This document shows, one piece after another, positions 14,901 through 27,873 of a DNA stretch of 64,000 nucleotides. A program made the translations under genes and the position numbers. This DNA comes from the human T2T-CHM13v2.0 reference genome, Homo sapiens. The notes beneath the pieces are model-generated. The model was given only the letters and a program-made list of their open reading frames with translations. It made no database searches and was not told the origin of the DNA. Each line of letters starts with the position of its first letter. Positions within the stretch are counted from its first letter, which is position 1. The DNA is taken from the NCBI RefSeq assembly GCF_009914755.1, contig NC_060937.1; one strand, written 5' to 3'.

Positions 14901-15044
14901 CATGCTTTTACAATCACTTGTCCATCCCAAGAATTGGGGTGCAAAGGGAAAGATCTGGGAATAGGGAAAAGAGCACCCTTTCTACTCAATACTTCCTAGT
15001 GAGAAATAGTATTTGAATTGTTGGTTGTTCTCACTGATTTTGTT

Positions 15045-15075
15045 TGTGTGCGTGTGTATGTGTGTGTGTGTGTGT
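15045..15075. repeat. (TG)n microsatellite, imperfect
   Basis: Direct reading. Confidence 0.9.
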
Positions 15076-16949
15076 TTGCCATCAGAATTCTTGGAAAGAT
15101 AAAGATGATTCCAAACTCTAGAAAAAAATACCTTTCAAACCTGTCTCCCCTTAAAGGAAGGAAGTCATTGAATGTTTTTACAAGGTTCCTCCACTTGAAA
15201 CTCTAAACTTCTTTATCATATGTATATAAAATAAATTATTGGCTAAAATATGGTATATATCCAATCGAGCACAGAATGTTTTCCAGCCCCTAAGTTTCCT
15301 ACATCCCAGCCGGATAGATTGAATGTGAATTTTAGTAAAAGAAAACAATTGCTGCAGTGAATAGATCTAAAGTAAAAACAGTGACTTAAACGTATATTGA
15401 GTTAATTAGTAATCTCTGAAGAAAGAAGAGAATAGTGTTGAAGTAGAAGTGTGAGATACGCATTGACCGATTGTTAGGCAAAGAATGACCTTTGAAATTG
15501 AGCTACATGTTAAGAAGGGTGTAATATACTCTAAACTCCATGCAGTTTATAAAGAAGCAGCTCCTGGAAAGAGATACATGTAACAGGCGCAATCTACAGC
15601 CAGGCTTTTCAGTCAAATTACGTTGATTGGTAAAATCTCATAATTAATTTCATTGTGTATTTCTTTTACTTCGCCTGTGAAGATATAACTTCCTGGAAAT
15701 AGGAATACAGTCCCTGGATCACACCTGTAGCTATAAGAATTGGAGACCCCTGAAAGCCCAGCTTACCCCTTGGTCAGGGCAAAAGGAACAGACTGGTCTT
15801 ACCAAAGCCCATGCTGGGGTGTGGTCCCCAGGGAAATCTCTGCCTTATTCCCCTTTCTTAGGCATCCTTCAGAAAAGAGAACTTGTTAGTGCCTCACCCT
15901 CTGAAATGTCATTCTCACATTTTCCAGGAGGCTGTTTCTAAGGGGGTACAGGATGCAGGGCAACTCAACCAGAGAAAGGCCCACTCAGAATCATCTGTTT
16001 TGCAAAGAAGCCTCATCATGGACATCTTTCACTGGCCCATTGGGATGCTGTTAAAGAAAAATTATTTAAAATTAAATTTTATGATGTTTTTTAAAGTTCT
16101 TGCCCACATATAGCTATACAGTGACATAGACCTTTTTTTCCTCCCTAGTAAAATATTTGTCCTTGAATAATTTGAGTAACTGTATACTTTGTGCATTGTA
16201 ATTGACAATAAATAAAAATAGAAAAATAATGGTGACTAAGAGATCAGCCTTGAATATTCTGTATACCTGAGTTCTAGGTACAGCTAAAAAGCTTACTAGC
16301 TATATCACTTGGAACACTAGATTATGTAAACCTTTAAACCCATGTATGTAATAGAAAATTTCTATTCTATGCAACAGAAATGGAATCCAGTTAACTTCCA
16401 GAAAATGAGAATTTATTAGATGGATGCCAAGAATCCCTCAGGAAGGAACAGAAGGCTGATGAGCAGCCTTGTAGCAAGCACGACCTAGGTGTCTCCAAAA
16501 GAGTCTTAGTCACGAACATCTCACCTGGGCACTGTCTCTAAGATTAGTGAACTCTGAATCTGTGCTTATGTCAAAAATCATGCTTTGGGCATACTGAGGC
16601 AGGGACAGGAAGGATCAGAGGAGTGGAAACTCTAAGAGCCATCCTTCCTCTGTAGAGTAGATGAGACTCTTGAATTTAGCCTCTCTCCAAGGCTGGGGTT
16701 AGGCAGAGAAAATAGAAGCTGGAAACCAAAGCAAACAATACCAGAAGGCACTAAATAATAGCTACATGAAAGGTTTATTTAGGAAGATTAAATGGAGTTT
16801 TGCATGCACACTGAAATAGAATGGTATATCTATAGTTTCTCGAGAATTAACGAGTAGAGTCAAGAGCTGAGGTGCAACGGAAGATAATACCCCCACATTC
16901 TAAGAAGATCCCTTCTCTGTGCTTTACATAGAGATTAAGCCAACTCCCA

Positions 16950-17340
16950 TATAGTGGATGCTGTCAATTACCTGCAATCAACTGAGGAAGTGAGCAACCC
17001 CAGCCCTCAGTTGTGAGTTAGCTGCTGTTGGCTCGCAGATGTCCCCTTCTCCAGAGAATTGCCCTCAAATCATTGAGGTTGGCTGCCTGGGAGATTATGG
17101 CCAACCCTACTGCCTACTCCACCCCCATTTACCCCTGCTTCTGGAGTAACTTACAGACAAGGATGAATGGACTGATCCAGGGTTCCAATGTCCAACTCCT
17201 TTTCTTCCAGATGGGAACAACACTGCAGTGTGACACATCCTTAGAGCTCCCTGTGGATCAGGCCCATCCCTTACATCTTTAATAAATCTTGAGCCCTCAA
17301 ATCCCTGTCTCAGGATCTGCTTTGTAAAGATCCTGAGACA
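16950..17340 (+). mobile_element. LTR16-like ERVL LTR
   Basis: gtggatgctgtc...gctgctgttggctcgcagatgtccccttctccagagaattgccctc...aataaatcttg...tctcaggatctgcttt. Confidence 0.7.
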
Positions 17341-18169
17341 TATTTACCTCCCAGCCTAGGTAGCTGGCTAGACAGATGAAGATATAGAGAGAGGGAGAGG
17401 AGAAAGAGAAGCGGGGAGGCATCAACCATGTCTTTGGTCTTGTGGAACATTGAGGATACATTTATTTCCAACTTCTCACATTTCTGATCTGAAAACAGTT
17501 TCAGTTAACAACAAAAAATACAGAACTAGCTAGGCAAATTTGTAATGAAGGAGAAGCTGGATATATATCAAGAGACTTGAGATTTTAGAAGTAATTCTAG
17601 ATCTATATGAAATGATAACACAATTAGACCTCAAAATACAGACTACAGTTTAACAGCATCAAACAAAGTATTTAAACACGGGGAGATATTACAACTGTTA
17701 CTATATCAGCAAGAATGTCTGGGGCCTTAAGTCATCTCTGTATCTCAGAAAGCAGTTAGGAATGAGTCCCCGAAAAGCAGCCTAGAATCTATGGAGAAGC
17801 ACCTTTTTTGAAGCCACATATAGCAATTAGAGATGTTTCTTGAAGACTTGGGCAGTCATACTAAGAAATTGGTAAAAATGTAAGTGAATTTCACAGGGAA
17901 TGCCAGAAAGATGAAGTGCAATACTCACAGAATTATTCGATGAGTTTTAAGACGACCCAGTTCATGTAAGCAAGTGTTGCCTGTTCCTCTAAAGAACATG
18001 CCTAAGAGATTTATGGGATTAGGGCTTCTGAGGGAAGGTACAAGGAAGAAAAGACACATTTAAAAAGGAAGCTGCCACCTACATTAAACATTTTTCTGCC
18101 AACAGTGTTTGTTTAATCTGTAGCTAACCATGAGGAAACTAATAGGGAAAAAATCATTCTATAAAAAAC

Positions 18170-18630
18170 AAAAAAAGGCTGGAAATCCTACTAGATTAAA
18201 AGAGCCTGAAGAGATATGACAATTCAATGGAAGGTATAATTCTTGATTGAATCTGGATTGACAAAACAAATAAATAACAGCCCTAAAGGACAATGTTGGA
18301 ACATTGGAGAACATTGAATATGATCTGTATGTTAGGTAACATTATAAAATTAATGTTAGATGTCCCAAATGTGACCATTCTAATGTGGATATTTAGACAT
18401 TCCTTATTTCTAAGGTATACTTGTTGAAATATTTAGATGTAAAGTGTCATTGTGCCTGCCAATAATTCTCAAATATATCATTAAAAACAACAAAAATATA
18501 CATACAGAAAGAAAAAACAGCAGTGTAGAAAAATGCTAAAAATTGCTCAACCCAGAAGAAAAGTAATGAGTTTTTAATGTGCTATTCTTTTAACACCTTG
18601 TAGTGTTCACATTTAGCAATATTAAATGTG
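18170..18630 (+). mobile_element. Old L1MC/ME 3' region
   Basis: ctagattaaaagagcctgaagagatatgacaa...cttgattgaatctggat...tgaaatatttagatgtaaagtgtcat. Confidence 0.7.
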
Positions 18631-19007
18631 AGAAAATTCACTGGTTAATTTGGAGAAATTTTTTTTTGTCCATTTATTGCATTTAAAAAAATAAAGCTTT
18701 AAGGAGAGCAGAAGTTGAGTCCCAGGTGGGAGGTGATCTGATGAAATAATAACTCCAGGCTGCAGTTCTCCCATGCAGAAGGGAAAGATGGAAAAAGATG
18801 GGTGTGAATCTTGGAATTCATAATTCCATACATTTTACTGTAGGAGATGTTTAAAAATACATCAGCAAAAGAAATGTCTGGGCCAGAAAACAAAGAAAAC
18901 ATAATAACCCAGTTGGATACCCAAATACAATAAATGGTGCCAGCACTATTAGAGGTACAAAAGGGAAAGCACAAATGAAAAAAGCATGAACATGGCTAAT
19001 CTCTCTC

Positions 19008-19319
19008 TTTTTTTTTTTTTTTTTTTTTTTGTTTTTGAGGACAGGGTCTCACTCTGTCTCCCAGGCTGAAGTGCAATGGCACAATCGTAGTGCACTGCAG
19101 CCTTGACCTCCTAGGCTCAAGCTGTCCTCCCAACTCAGCCTCCCAAGTAGATGGGACCACAGGCACATGCCACCATGCCCAGCCAATTTTTGTATTTTTT
19201 GTAGAGATAGGGTTTCCCCATGTTACCCAGGCTGGTCTGGAACTCTTGGGCTGAAGCGATCCACATGCCTTGGCCTTCCAAAATGCTGGGATTACAGGTG
19301 GAAACCACTGCACACGGCC
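19008..19319 (-). mobile_element. AluJ
   Basis: Poly(T), acagggtctcactctg, ccttgacctcctaggctcaagc (J diagnostics). Confidence 0.95.
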
Positions 19320-20440
19320 CATCTCTTCTAAAAGCAGTAGAAAAATTCAGAAGCAGTTGGAAATAGGCCCCAGTGCCACAGGAAATGCTGCGTACAGACA
19401 CAATTCTTTGGCAGAGTCAGACTTGTTTATGAGCCCTCAATAGGCCCTTCGTGTTCCAGCTTTCAGGAGACTGGAGAGCAGCTCTAGTTCTTAAAGAAGG
19501 GTGATTCCTCAGTTTTGTGGACATGAGTTTAACAGGTACCTCAGGGCTATGGGGCAATGGCCATAGTTGACAAAGCAAAGAATTGAAATGTCATTGCCCC
19601 AAAGGAAATGCAGGCTTTCGCTACACATTTCTGAGGGAGATTGAGCAAGATAAGAAAGTTGGAACTGATATTTGACTTTTAACTTCTTTAGACCTTAAAG
19701 TTAGAATTTTAAACTTTCTTTGGAATTTGACTTATAAAGGCAATAGGAATTAATCTAATGAGCTGAAATTTCTCCTTCATAATTTGCTAGGTTAAGCTTT
19801 ATTTTTAATTTGCGACATCCTATGCTACATAAGTTGATCTTTGTATTATTATTTAGCCTAACCGGGTAAAATATATTGGATGAACAGATTGGGCATACTT
19901 TGGGGCAGAAATTAGGCTAGAGGGTAAATCTTCAACCTTGGAGTAAAATATGATCCTGGAATAAATTAATGTCCTGCTCTGACCAATTTCGTGGCTTCAA
20001 GAGCAAATGGTAGCAGGCCACTGCCAGTCCCATGAGCATACCCACGGCAGGATGTTAAATTGAAAGAGCAAGTCTTTTTTCCTTCAGAAAAGTCTCTATT
20101 TTAACATTTAAAAGAAAGACTCAAATTCATTCCAACAGCTTTATCAGGCTTTGCCACAAAATACAGTCACACATACTCGGGTACTTGGAAGGTTACTGCA
20201 GAGCTCTTTAACTGATCAAGTCAGGGTGAAGTGACCACCTTCCCCACAACCATACTCTGTGCTTGTCATCTGAAAGGATGTCTTACCCTGGCTCAGGCTG
20301 TGGGGGTAGCTGCAGTAGAAGCTTGCCTTGGGATTATGAGAACAGTAAAATTAGCATGATGCTTGCAGCCAGCTTCACCATAGAACATCCTACTTATTGA
20401 ATTGGAGTGTTCTGAATGGGCAGGCTGAGCTTGGTTAGGA

Positions 20441-20490
20441 TAGACAGAGAGACAAAGAGAGAGAGAGAAGAGAGAAGAGAGAGATTGAGA
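20441..20490. repeat. (GA)n-rich tract
   Basis: Direct reading. Confidence 0.85.
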
Positions 20491-20492
20491 TT

Positions 20493-20841
20493 CTGTAGTG
20501 CTCCAGATTGAAAGCAGGTAGTCAAAGGTAAAATAAATTTCAGTAGCCTGTTCCTTCCTGAGTATTCAGCAGCCCTGGTTCAGGGATTTTTCCATTTGCA
20601 AGACTCTTGAAATATTTTTCTGGCTAAATTCTTTTTCTTTTTCTTTTATTTTTATTTATTTATTTTATTTTTGGCTACTAGGTGGTTTTGATGAATTTGC
20701 TGCGATCCAGGAGTGTTCAAGTATTTCTTTTAGAGTTGGCTTTGGCTCAGATTATGGTTCAACAGCCTTGAAATGAGATCAGGGAATATAAACCTGGGCT
20801 ATTCTTTTGTAGGTCTTTTGCTGGTGGAAGGGAGACTTCCC
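20493..20841 (-). pseudogene. AURKA: Processed pseudogene fragment of Aurora kinase A (C-terminal CDS + proximal 3'UTR)
   Basis: Minus strand reads KTYKRIAQV..., then DLISRLLNHNLSQ/fs/PTLKEILEHSWIAANSSKPPSSQK versus recalled AURKA ETYKRISRV...[33 protein letters not shown]; followed by ccagggctgc...ggaacaggctactgaaatttattttacctttgac matching the recalled AURKA 3'UTR; frameshift, deletions and A-rich expansion. Confidence 0.88.
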
Positions 20842-23800
20842 TTTCAGGTCATCAGTCTTCTGCCCTGAGGATGAGTGTAGTATATGGCTGGTTTAGCACA
20901 GTCTTTATAGTTGATTTTAGCGGGTAGAGAATGAAAAGCTTAAGAAGACTACGCAAATTTTTGGCTTTCTCCTCTGCCCTCCACTTGACCACAGAAAAAG
21001 AAGAGCAATCAATTTATTTATCTGACTGGCAAGTCTGGGAGAAGAAACTCAGATATGCTTCTTCTTAATCTGATTTTGGATAAGCTTGCTGCAGAGAGAG
21101 TGCTTTTTTATCTGCTGGTCACCATGTTGTTAGTTCATTGGGGTGTGGAGTAGGTGTGTGTGTTTAGAGAGGGAGAGATTAAAGCTGTTTTCACCGTAAT
21201 TATTCTTTTTAATATCTTTGGTATAACTTCATATCTTTGATATAATAGAGGAGCTCTTCCAGACCAGGTTCTTGAAAACCCCTCAAAATGTTTTACTGTG
21301 GGATTGGACCTCATTATGGAATGGGAATACCAATATTCATAAATCCTTGACCAAAATGAGTCTAACCTTCTGTTGTCATTGTTATTATTACTCAAATAAC
21401 TGACATTCACAAAGTGTAAAGTTATATAATATTATATGATCCTAATACTCTAAAGAGTTACTTGGGTTGATGCATTTTCTGTATTGTATTATAACTTTCT
21501 TGAGAGGATTACCTGAACTCCTAGTGCAAATTTTTGCATATAACAAGTTTCAAAATTTGTAGGCATTACATTTGAATTTACTCAGAAGGTTAAATATTTT
21601 CTCTTTCTTTCACTTAGTAATATATTTATAATCTTGGATCTTTTAGTTGTCACTCCAGCTAGTCTTCCAAATGGGTATTATACAGAATAGACATCAATGC
21701 ATCCAAACCCTTCACTTTTGGCTTCGGCTTGGCTTCTCTTTTCTGTGCACAATGCAAACATCTGAGGCACTTTTTCCTGTGTTTTCCTTTAAAGCTTAGG
21801 TTAATCCTAGAACTAATCAGCCATATGTTTTCTCATTGCAGATATCCAAAAACAGCCTTAGAATGTCCATGGATAATTTCAAAGTAAAGGAATAGCTGAT
21901 TATTCCTTTTATTTAAAAAAAAATTCAGGAGGAAAGCAAAGATCTGTATCCATATTTACATCTATATCTATCTATTTAATTCTATTGATTGTTGTTGTTT
22001 GTTTCTTCTCAGACCACAGTCTCAACTCACAGCCCCAAACAAGTGGAAGTACAGGGGTCTTCATTCTAGGAGCCTTGACTCATGGATGAGCTCCTCTGGT
22101 GAAACCGGAATGAGGAGGTCATTTGGAAGTTGTTGAGTAGCTGAAAATATATCAGCATAGAATACTTCAATGTTATAATAACTGCCTCTTGAGCTAACAA
22201 ATTATAATGTTGAAAACAATAGGCTCTGTCTAAATTTTATGTTTTCCCTAATATTTTGTGGAAACCAATACTCAACAAAGACTTTGTGACCATTAGCAAA
22301 CTGGCCTCAGAAATTTCCCTGAATTTTTGTGTTTTTATTTTGTTCTTGTTTACAGTTTGCAAAATTTCACCAGGTGATCTCTGGTGCTATAAAAACACTT
22401 CAGTTTGAAAAAAAGAAAAAAAAAAAAAAGGACATGAGCCTTAAAAAGCAGCGTGGTACAGAAAATACCATGCAGCCCTGGTGAGAGACTCACTTTTTAT
22501 GAGAAAGTCTTTTTATTCAGTTTTTTCTTCAAAATTAAAATTTTGATACACTCATATCTCATGCAGATAATAGATTTTCATTCTGTCTAGAGTGAGAAAG
22601 TAAAGGCGATGGAAAAAAACAACAGGGTTCAGATTAATAGGAGATGACAACTTGACCAAACAGGAGGTGGCAGCCCTGCTGGCTCCACGGCTCAGTGGCT
22701 GTGACAGGCAATTAACAATCAGAGTGGCCAGATGTAATGGAAGGCAGCAGCAACTCACTGAGCACTTCCCGGCTTCTCTGCTGCTTCTACCATTTGTATT
22801 GTTTGCAGAGACAAATAAACACTAATGCATGCTTTGCTAAGAAATGTAGTTAGGTTAGACAGAAAGGGGAGGGGGTGGAAAGAGTCACGAGACCAGAAAA
22901 AACCCAGTTTAATGACAAATGGGGACAGTCTCCCCAACTCACAGCATAATAAAGGAAGTGAAGATTATCAAACTATTTAACAGCAGATTCTACTTTTTTG
23001 TATGACATTATAGAATTCAAAACAATTTTTAAGCATCATCTGGCATGTCTCGCACATACAATATTGATTTCTCCTCTATATCTGCAGTAATTAGGCATTT
23101 TTCCTTCTTAAATTTCATCTTTTACACTTCTGCTTTGATATATAAAGCAGGATAAATAAATAATATTTATTTTATATTAATTTATAATTTTTAAATATTT
23201 AAATTATTTTGTTTAATAATAAAATTATAGAATACGTAAACAGAAATAAATCTTTATTTACAAATAAACCCATTCAATTAAAACTCAAATGCTTCGTCTC
23301 TCTAGATAGATGAACTAGGTACTGTAGCTATTGTTGTAATCTCCTGCATAAATTTGACTGTTTAGCAAGTTAATGTTATTCCTGCATGCCGCAGTTTTGT
23401 CCACAATGTCTATGATACAGTATCCTCAGGGAGGTACTCACTTCGGCAAAATGGGGAATAAAATTAACAATACAGTTAGCTAGCAGCCTATTCCCCAAAT
23501 AATTTACATTTTTATACCCCTATACACATGAACACATCATATCCACCTACCACATATTTTCAAATTCAAACTTAATTCTACATATTTAAATTAAATAATG
23601 AATGCTTCAGTAATCTTTGTAAGTTTAAATATTGTTAACACATTAAAATTTGAATATAGAAATGGAAAATATCAGCTGTCAGGCAGAACCAGTAGCTGGC
23701 ATTGTTGATGTATTTATTATGCGGTCACCTCAAATTGAATACAAGAAAATAAATCTCAAAATGACAGACTCATATTTACCATGTGTGCAATGTGGAAGGC

Positions 23801-24394
23801 AGAAAGTGTTAAGATACTAATGCATCAACATATGCATTCAGAGCTGATTCACTAACATGTGATACTATCTGAAGTTTCCATGACTTTGAGGCAGATGTTT
23901 CTGAACACTCATTTATTTAGACATCAAGTATAATGAAATGAAAATATAGAAACATTTACTCAAATGCATCAATCTGCAAACATGCAAGTGGTAAAGAGAC
24001 ATTTAAATAAATCTACCCAAATTTATTTCCCTAAATGAGTATTATCATGAGATTATGGAATTTAAGATTTTAGTCTAAGTCAATTTAGGAATCATGCTTT
24101 AAAGCTCATCTTATTACTCTACAATCACATGTATTTTCCTAATTAAAACTTCTTTATTTAGCAATTTGGTAACTCTTCTTATCACTAAACAGGTTCTAAC
24201 CTGTATTTAAGTGTTTCCAACAAATAAAAAATTTTCTTCCAGATAATGAATATACAGCACTTGAATTTCACAAAAATGAATATTCAGGCTTTCAGAATAA
24301 TTTTAAAAGTGAAAATCCACATAAGTTATTTTGAATTACGATGATAATATTGGTGTAATAAGTTTCTGAAGGTTCTAACACAAATTCAAACGCA

Positions 24395-24530
24395 CACATT
24401 TCTATTCAACAAATGTTTGAGTTTCTCTTATGTTTCAGTGATAATTATCCTGAAATAAACAAGAGACAAAAGATTCTTTAAAAGGCATGATCTCTGTCCA
24501 CTTGGAGCTCACAGTTTAATATAATAAATA
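24395..24530 (-). mobile_element. L2 3' end fragment
   Basis: attcaacaaatgtttgag...tctctgtccacttggagctcacagtttaa. Confidence 0.6.
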
Positions 24531-24601
24531 AAACCTAACCAAATATCTGATAAAATAGAGGAGTATTTATAGCACACACAAAAAAAAGAAAAACGGGGTC
24601 T
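24420..24601 (+). repeat. Segment A, source of direct duplication at 25480-25657
   Basis: Near-identical ~180 bp by direct comparison. Confidence 0.97.
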
Positions 24602-24860
24602 TGTTGAAAACAAAATCCAGAAAGCCAGTTCATTTTTGCAAATATGCTAGTCTGTGTTATTTAAGGCAACTATATTTTAAAACACAATTTAAATTGCTGG
24701 GTAAAACATCGAATACATCTTTTTAAAGTGTTGGCAAAGAGATAATATTGACAAAAACTATCTTGCAAGATTAAATGGCACAGGAATCTAGAGGGAGACC
24801 ACTGTAGCTGCTTTTGTCCTGAGAAATTTTCCAGGCCTTGATGAAATTGATTCTCAGTTT

Positions 24861-25151
24861 TGAAAGTTTCATGCACTATGGAAAACAGTTGAAAGCTTGT
24901 AGTCTGTCCCGGAGAGGGAGAGTCTTTGGAGAATCTCTTGACATTAATTCAGTAATGCAAAAGGCACATCACTAGGATGAGAATTAAAAACAAACAAACA
25001 AACAAAAAACCCTGAAAGTAGGAACTGCAAAGGAAGTTGTTTAGAGGCTGGATAAAGCAGTAGGAAGATGCAAAGGCAAGCTGAGAGTAAAACCATAAAA
25101 CAGTCTTTAGATTTGGAGCCCCAAGTCATAATAATTGGAAATTTTAAAATA
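24861..25151 (+). repeat. Segment B, left arm of ~290-bp inverted repeat
   Basis: Reverse complement of 26732-27028. Confidence 0.97.
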
Positions 25152-25284
25152 ACTTAAGCCATGAATTTATTCTGTACTAGAAGGGACCAGGTACTCAGCA
25201 AAGGAAATGCAGATATTCCCTTGAGGAATTTATCCCAACATACTTTTCAAATGTTTACACAAATAATTATCCAAGGATTAAAAC

Positions 25285-25330
<46 letters not shown>
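25285..25330. repeat. (ATCT)n tetranucleotide STR
   Basis: Direct reading, about 11 units. Confidence 0.97.
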
Positions 25331-25479
25331 ATGTTTTATATATATAAAGTTTATATATAATAAGATTTTATAAAGTTTATATATAGTAAGAATTCTATAA
25401 ATCTAAAGTTTATGTGAAGTAAGATTTCTAAGAAACTTATTTCAGAAAGAAGAAAAATGCTCCCAATAAATCCAAGAAG

Positions 25480-25657
25480 TTTCTCTTACGTTTCAGCGAT
25501 AATTATCCTGAAATAAATAAGAGACAAAAGATTCTTTAAAAGGCATGATCTCTGTCCACTGGAGCTCACGGTTTAATATAATAAATAAAACCTAAGCAAA
25601 TATCTGAAAAAATAGAGGAGTATTTATAGCACAAAAAAAAGAAAGAAAAATGGGTTC
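25480..25657 (+). repeat. Segment A', direct copy of 24420-24601
   Basis: Flanked by taaatccaagaag at 25467-25479 and 25658-25670. Confidence 0.95.
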
Positions 25658-25729
25658 TAAATCCAAGAAGAAACTAAAAGCAAATATGGTAGAAATATAC
25701 AGATTTATACAAATAATTAACTGAATAAA

Positions 25730-25734
25730 TGTGT

Positions 25735-25778
<44 letters not shown>
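25730..25778. repeat. (TG)n microsatellite
   Basis: Direct reading. Confidence 0.97.
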
Positions 25779-25779
<1 letters not shown>

Positions 25780-25859
25780 TCAGAAACCAAAGAAATAATA
25801 CTCCTGTGAGTGTGTACCAGCAGGAAAAACAGATCTGCAAACACTTCAGGTACTGAAAA

Positions 25860-26600
25860 TATGGCGAAAAGATTCTGAAATAAATATTAATGTTATGCTG
25901 AAAAATGATAAAAAAGACAAAGTTGTAAAACCTTTCAGGGGAAAATTATTCAAAAGTAAAAAATACTTAGCAGATTGAAAAAATAACCAAGTGAATTATG
26001 TGGCAATTAAAAATATAATGATTTAATTTTTAAAATTTCAAACATTGGTTTTACAATCAGATTAGATATAGCTAAAGAGAAAATTAGTAAACTAGAAGCC
26101 TGGTCAAGAGACATTGTCCAGAATATATCACAGGAGAAATACAACTATGGAGAGTATGAAAGAGAGATTAGAAAGCTAGAGCAACAGAAATAGAATGTCA
26201 TATACATTGACATTGAGACTTGGAAGTAGATAGGAGGAGATCTGAGAGGTAATGTTTGAAGAGAAAAAGGCTGAGTTTCTTTTACTGATTAAAAACAGCA
26301 ACTTGCTGACTTAAGAAATGCAATGAAGCCCCAAAATTATAAAGAAAAATAAACACAACCCTAGACATACTTTTAGTGAAACTCTAGAAGACCATAGTCA
26401 AAGAATACATTATACAGAGAGAAGGAAAAAGATTATTTTCAAAGACACTGCGATTCAACTGACATAGAAAACAAAGAAGAGTGAAATGATATTGTTAGTA
26501 TGCTGAAAAAAAATGATGACCAACCTAGAATTTATAACTAAAACTATATATTTCAAGAAGAGTGAAAAAGATATTTCCAGGTAACCAAAAGTTTAATCAT
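25860..26600 (+). mobile_element. Old L1M ORF1 remnant
   Basis: agattagatatagctaaagagaaaattagtaaactagaag...cctagacatac...gtgaaact...caacctagaattt. Confidence 0.7.
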
Positions 26601-26731
26601 AGATAACACCTGAAAATAAATGTTTTATAAATAACTCATAAGTAAACAAATCATAAATAACACATGAATAAATATATCATAAATTACTCGTAATTATGTA
26701 TAATTATAATATCACACACATATATACAATG

Positions 26732-27028
26732 TATTTTAAAGTTTCCAATTATTATGACTTGGGGCTCCAAATCTAAAGACTGTTTTATGGTTTTACTCTC
26801 AGCTTGCCTTTGCATCTTCCTACTGCTTTATTCAGCCTCTAAACAACTTCCTTTGCAGTTCCTACTTTCAGGGTTTTTTGTTTGTTTGTTTGTTTGTTTT
26901 TAATTCTCATCCTAGTGATGTGCCTTTTGCATTACTGAATTAATGTCAAGAGATTCTCCAAAGACTCTCCCTCTCCTGGACAGACTACAAGCTTTCAACT
27001 CTGTTTTCCATAGTGCATGTAAACTTCA
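26732..27028 (-). repeat. Segment B', inverted copy of 24861-25151
   Basis: Direct comparison; only a handful of substitutions/indels. Confidence 0.97.
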
Positions 27029-27224
27029 TGGTGGTTATTTTATTGTTTTGCATAATTAGTCCATTATCAGGTGAACATTTTATTTAGTGAGAGAAGGAAG
27101 GATTTTTTTTTTCTAGAATGTCTTAATTCTTTTACTGCCAAACAGTTTCACTAGTCTAGGATCCACTTCAGGTGGGTTTCTTCCTTATCACTTTGTGGAC
27201 ACAGATATTAGGGATTTAAAATGG

Positions 27225-27520
27225 CCCTTTTGTAACTTTGTAACTAAATTAAATGGACACTCTTTAGTTCTCATTATTATTGTTTTATCGGTAACATTTG
27301 ATGCAATGGGGCACCTCTTTTTTTTTTTTAACCTATTTTCTTTCCATGGCCTATATGAGGCCATACTCTTATCAGACTCAGAATCTGTGGTCTTCTTTGC
27401 TATTTCTCTCTTTCTGAGAGTCTGATGAATCTAGTCTTATTTAGGATTTTGTCTTGGGTCTTTTCGTCTTATAAATTTACAAACCCTCCTTATACAATTG
27501 CAGCTATTTCAAATACCATC
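27225..27520 (+). mobile_element. L2 fragment
   Basis: ctaaattaaatggacactctttagttctcatt...aacatttgatgc resembles L2 ORF2 region. Confidence 0.55.
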
Positions 27521-27873
27521 AGGTAGTAATATATGACCTGTATACAACTAGAATAATAGCTCGGGGATCTTAAACTGGGATATTCTTATTCCTAAAATTC
27601 CTGATTCCTGGTTTCAGTGCTGTTTCTACATTGAGTCAAGTCTTCAGGACGCATGTAATAAAGTAATGTGACTCAGTTCCCAACCCTAATGCATGTGGAA
27701 TGGGCACACTTCAGAAAACCTCACACCACTTTAGGAGATGCAATGTAAACATAGCCTCATTATAATTCCTCACCTTATTAATCCTCCCATAGGACATAAT
27801 CCATTGTTCAAAATGTACATTTTAGGTGGGGGTGGGGGCAGGGAGTGATAAAATTTAAACATGACAATGATTT

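Noticed and set aside
18996-19401. Alu-overlapping ORFs (also 2811, 28639, 38872, 61226-61618)
   Set aside because: Typical Alu translation artefacts
23434-23448. gtactcacttcggca resembling the U6 snRNA 5' end
   Set aside because: Only ~15 nt with mismatches; no continuation or TSD
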